Assembly: GCA_018992685.1 (NCBI GenBank)
Contig: JACVGT010000021.1
Location: 81,748 to 145,747 of the forward strand
Length of the DNA: 64,000 nt
Direction of reading: 5' to 3'
Origin: Theionarchaea archaeon
GTDB lineage: Archaea; Methanobacteriota_B; Thermococci; Methanofastidiosales; SZ-28-30
In this document: piece by piece, positions 62,244 to 64,000 of the stretch
Numbering within the stretch: the first letter of the stretch is position 1
How the letters are laid out: every line of letters starts with the position of its first letter
Translations under genes and position numbers: made by a program
The notes under the pieces: generated by a model
What the model was told of the DNA's origin: nothing
Database searches by the model: none
The model's input: the letters and a program-made list of their open reading frames with translations, nothing else

Positions 62244-62541
62244 ATTCTGAAATGAATTATATCGGAAATATTCGGAACAGATAGAATAAAGAGAAAATAA
62301 CTTACAATGGGATATTGGGAAACTACAATGGTATGAGCAAGTGCCTTACGAAGTACTGGGCACAGAATTTGGCAGATATGTCTATTCTTAACGCCGTTCG
62401 TGACAAAACGTGGTTCATAACCTTATCTAGCAACTGAAAGTATTCGAGACAGAAATTAATATTGAATGTAGTTGAAGTTTTGAAAGACATAGATTTTGCG
62501 TCTAAAGGATAGCTTTAAAAGTATAGATGACTATGTGAATC

Positions 62542-63006
62542 ATGAATGATACCAGACAAAAGAGACCCACAGGGTTAAGTATTGTTTCAGTCTTATGGAT
62601 TCTGTGGGGGGTATTGAATCTCTTTCTTGTTTCACTCTATGTAAATGCTGATCTTTCAGTCATGTCTTCGGCTTCATATCAGACGATGCATGAATGGCTG
62701 CGATTTGCGTTACCTGCTGAACTGGCATTGAATTTGACAGCTTTTGCTGCTAGCCTGGTAATGGTATTTGCAGGCTACGGATTATTGACAGGGAAGTCCT
62801 GGTCATACAAATTGACTCTTGCAATCGTTCTAGTACCCATCATACTAAATTCCTTGGTGATCATGCTTTATTTATCTGCCCCTACAGAACTGAATTTTAG
62901 TGGGTCAGCTCCAGTAATGCGTCTTCCCTTTGGTCTTATATGGGTAGCACTGTTGTGGATATATCTGAGAAGAGATAATGTGAAGATGTTTCTGGGAGTC
63001 AGATAA
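62542..63006 (+). CDS. Four-TM membrane protein, candidate immunity protein
   Basis: KRPTGLSI, GYGLLTGKSW, YLRRDNVKMF; first intact gene after the RHS gene. Confidence 0.7.
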   Translation: MNDTRQKRPTGLSIVSVLWILWGVLNLFLVSLYVNADLSVMSSASYQTMHEWLRFALPAELALNLTAFAASLVMVFAGYGLLTGKSWSYKLTLAIVLVPIILNSLVIMLYLSAPTELNFSGSAPVMRLPFGLIWVALLWIYLRRDNVKMFLGVR

Positions 63007-63031
63007 ATTCTCAAGATCGACGGGAGGAACA

Positions 63032-63258
63032 ATGCTGAATACGACAGAAGAGATGGAAAGGAGGATGTTTCCTAATGAGGAATGAAGGTGGTTCTGTAAG
63101 AAGATCCTGAACTCCACACTGATCTCCCTCGCAATATTTGTGATACCCCTTTGTTTTCTTTGGCTTCTCCTGGTAGCTCGGTAAAGATAACTTTATTAAC
63201 ATGTGAAGAAGAAATGAATCGAAAAAGAATGGAGGACAGCTGATGTTCTGGGAGTGAA
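63032..63258 (+). pseudogene. Possible decayed membrane-protein gene
   Basis: GGGAGG RBS plus ATG 63032; the frame reads MLNTTEEMERRMFPNEE*RWFCKKILNSTLISLAIFVIPLCFLGFSW* with internal stops. Confidence 0.3.
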
Positions 63259-63939
63259 CCGAATGAAGAGAAGACTATTCACAATAAGATATTGGCAAAT
63301 CTACAAAGGTATAGGTATATGCCTCATAGTATCCTTATTCTGTTCAGTCATCGCTATCCTCTTCTTGAGGCTCGACAGAATTCCCACGATAGTTATATCA
63401 TTATTACCCCTCATTGGGTGGCAGCTTTACTGTCAGGGATCAGCAGCAGAAGCCTTTTCCAGATTACTCTGTCTCTTTGAAGGTGACATTGAATTTAAAA
63501 GTCAATTCTTTACCATTTTGTCTTTAGCCCATATTCTTTATGGATTTGTTACAAAAACCTCATTCCACGAGGGGAGATTCCCCCTGAACACTATCAGGTT
63601 TGGAAAGAGACTTCATGGCCCTCAAGAATAAGGGTATCTCCTTACAGTCTCAGAGAATATATCTTGCCCGATTGGATATGGCGGTGGTTATTCCCAGGAT
63701 TGAGAATCTCGAAGAAAGCAGCTGATACCGTGAGTGATGAACTCAAGCCTTATTTCTCGAGAGAAAAGATTGATATTCCATCGGTTCGACACATTGGTCT
63801 TGCAAGAAGAGCCAATAAGAATATCTTGATAGCGTTGCTCACCACTGATGCCTCGCTTGAGGAATTTCAGCTAGTCTTCTCTATTCTTGACGAAATTGAG
63901 GATAGTATCCGAAGAAGTGATGAAACTGAGATGTGGTGA
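63254..63939 (+). pseudogene. Frameshifted two-TM protein gene (ORFs 63254-63631 and 63664-63939 probably one gene)
   Basis: The frame of the downstream ORF is open back to 63499, at an A run, giving ...EGDIEFK/KSILYHFVFSPYSLWICYKNLIPRGEIPPEHYQVW... Confidence 0.55.
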
Positions 63940-64000
63940 ATACATTCAGATTGATTTCCCCCCGGTCAGGCATGAACGGTCTCGGTATTCGTCACTGGAC

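Noticed and set aside
63491-63503. Programmed -1 frameshift at TTTAAAAG
   Set aside because: The XXXYYYZ heptamer is not in the phase required for tandem slippage from the upstream frame; a 1-nt deletion or sequencing error is simpler.

Overview
Archaeal chromosomal window; inference: a euryarchaeal, Thermococci-related lineage such as Theionarchaea, from ORB boxes plus cdc6, TATA promoters, dph5, an A-type ATPase and cDPG genes. Left to right: (1) a cpgS-pgk2-CBS operon. (2) A replication origin with inverted ORBs, then cdc6. (3) A heat-shock operon: Phr/HSR1-like repressor, Zn-ribbon-Hsp20, grpE, dnaK, dnaJ. (4) dph5-DUF357, hypF and a nucleoside phosphorylase. (5) The complete A1AO ATP synthase operon HIKECFABD, then a phoU-like gene. 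(6) An hdrC-hdrB-frdB-frdA-like redox operon. (7) An M24-fold hydrolase, tRNA-Gly(CCC), DUF885, a macrodomain protein and hbd. (8) A class I isoprenoid-synthase-fold plus MenA/UbiA pair. (9) A surface-glycosylation region. (10) A LolD/MacB-type ATPase and two FtsX permeases, one fused to a GT-C-like module, converging on an operon for a small Ig-like protein, a degenerate AglB/STT3 paralog and DUF1616. (11) A signal-peptide-bearing 2173-aa RHS/YD protein with internal domain insertions, followed by putative immunity and decayed genes. No rRNA, CRISPR array, intein or transposase was recognised. Best candidate for an undescribed system: 46353-54389. All protein calls come from motif reading, not database searches.
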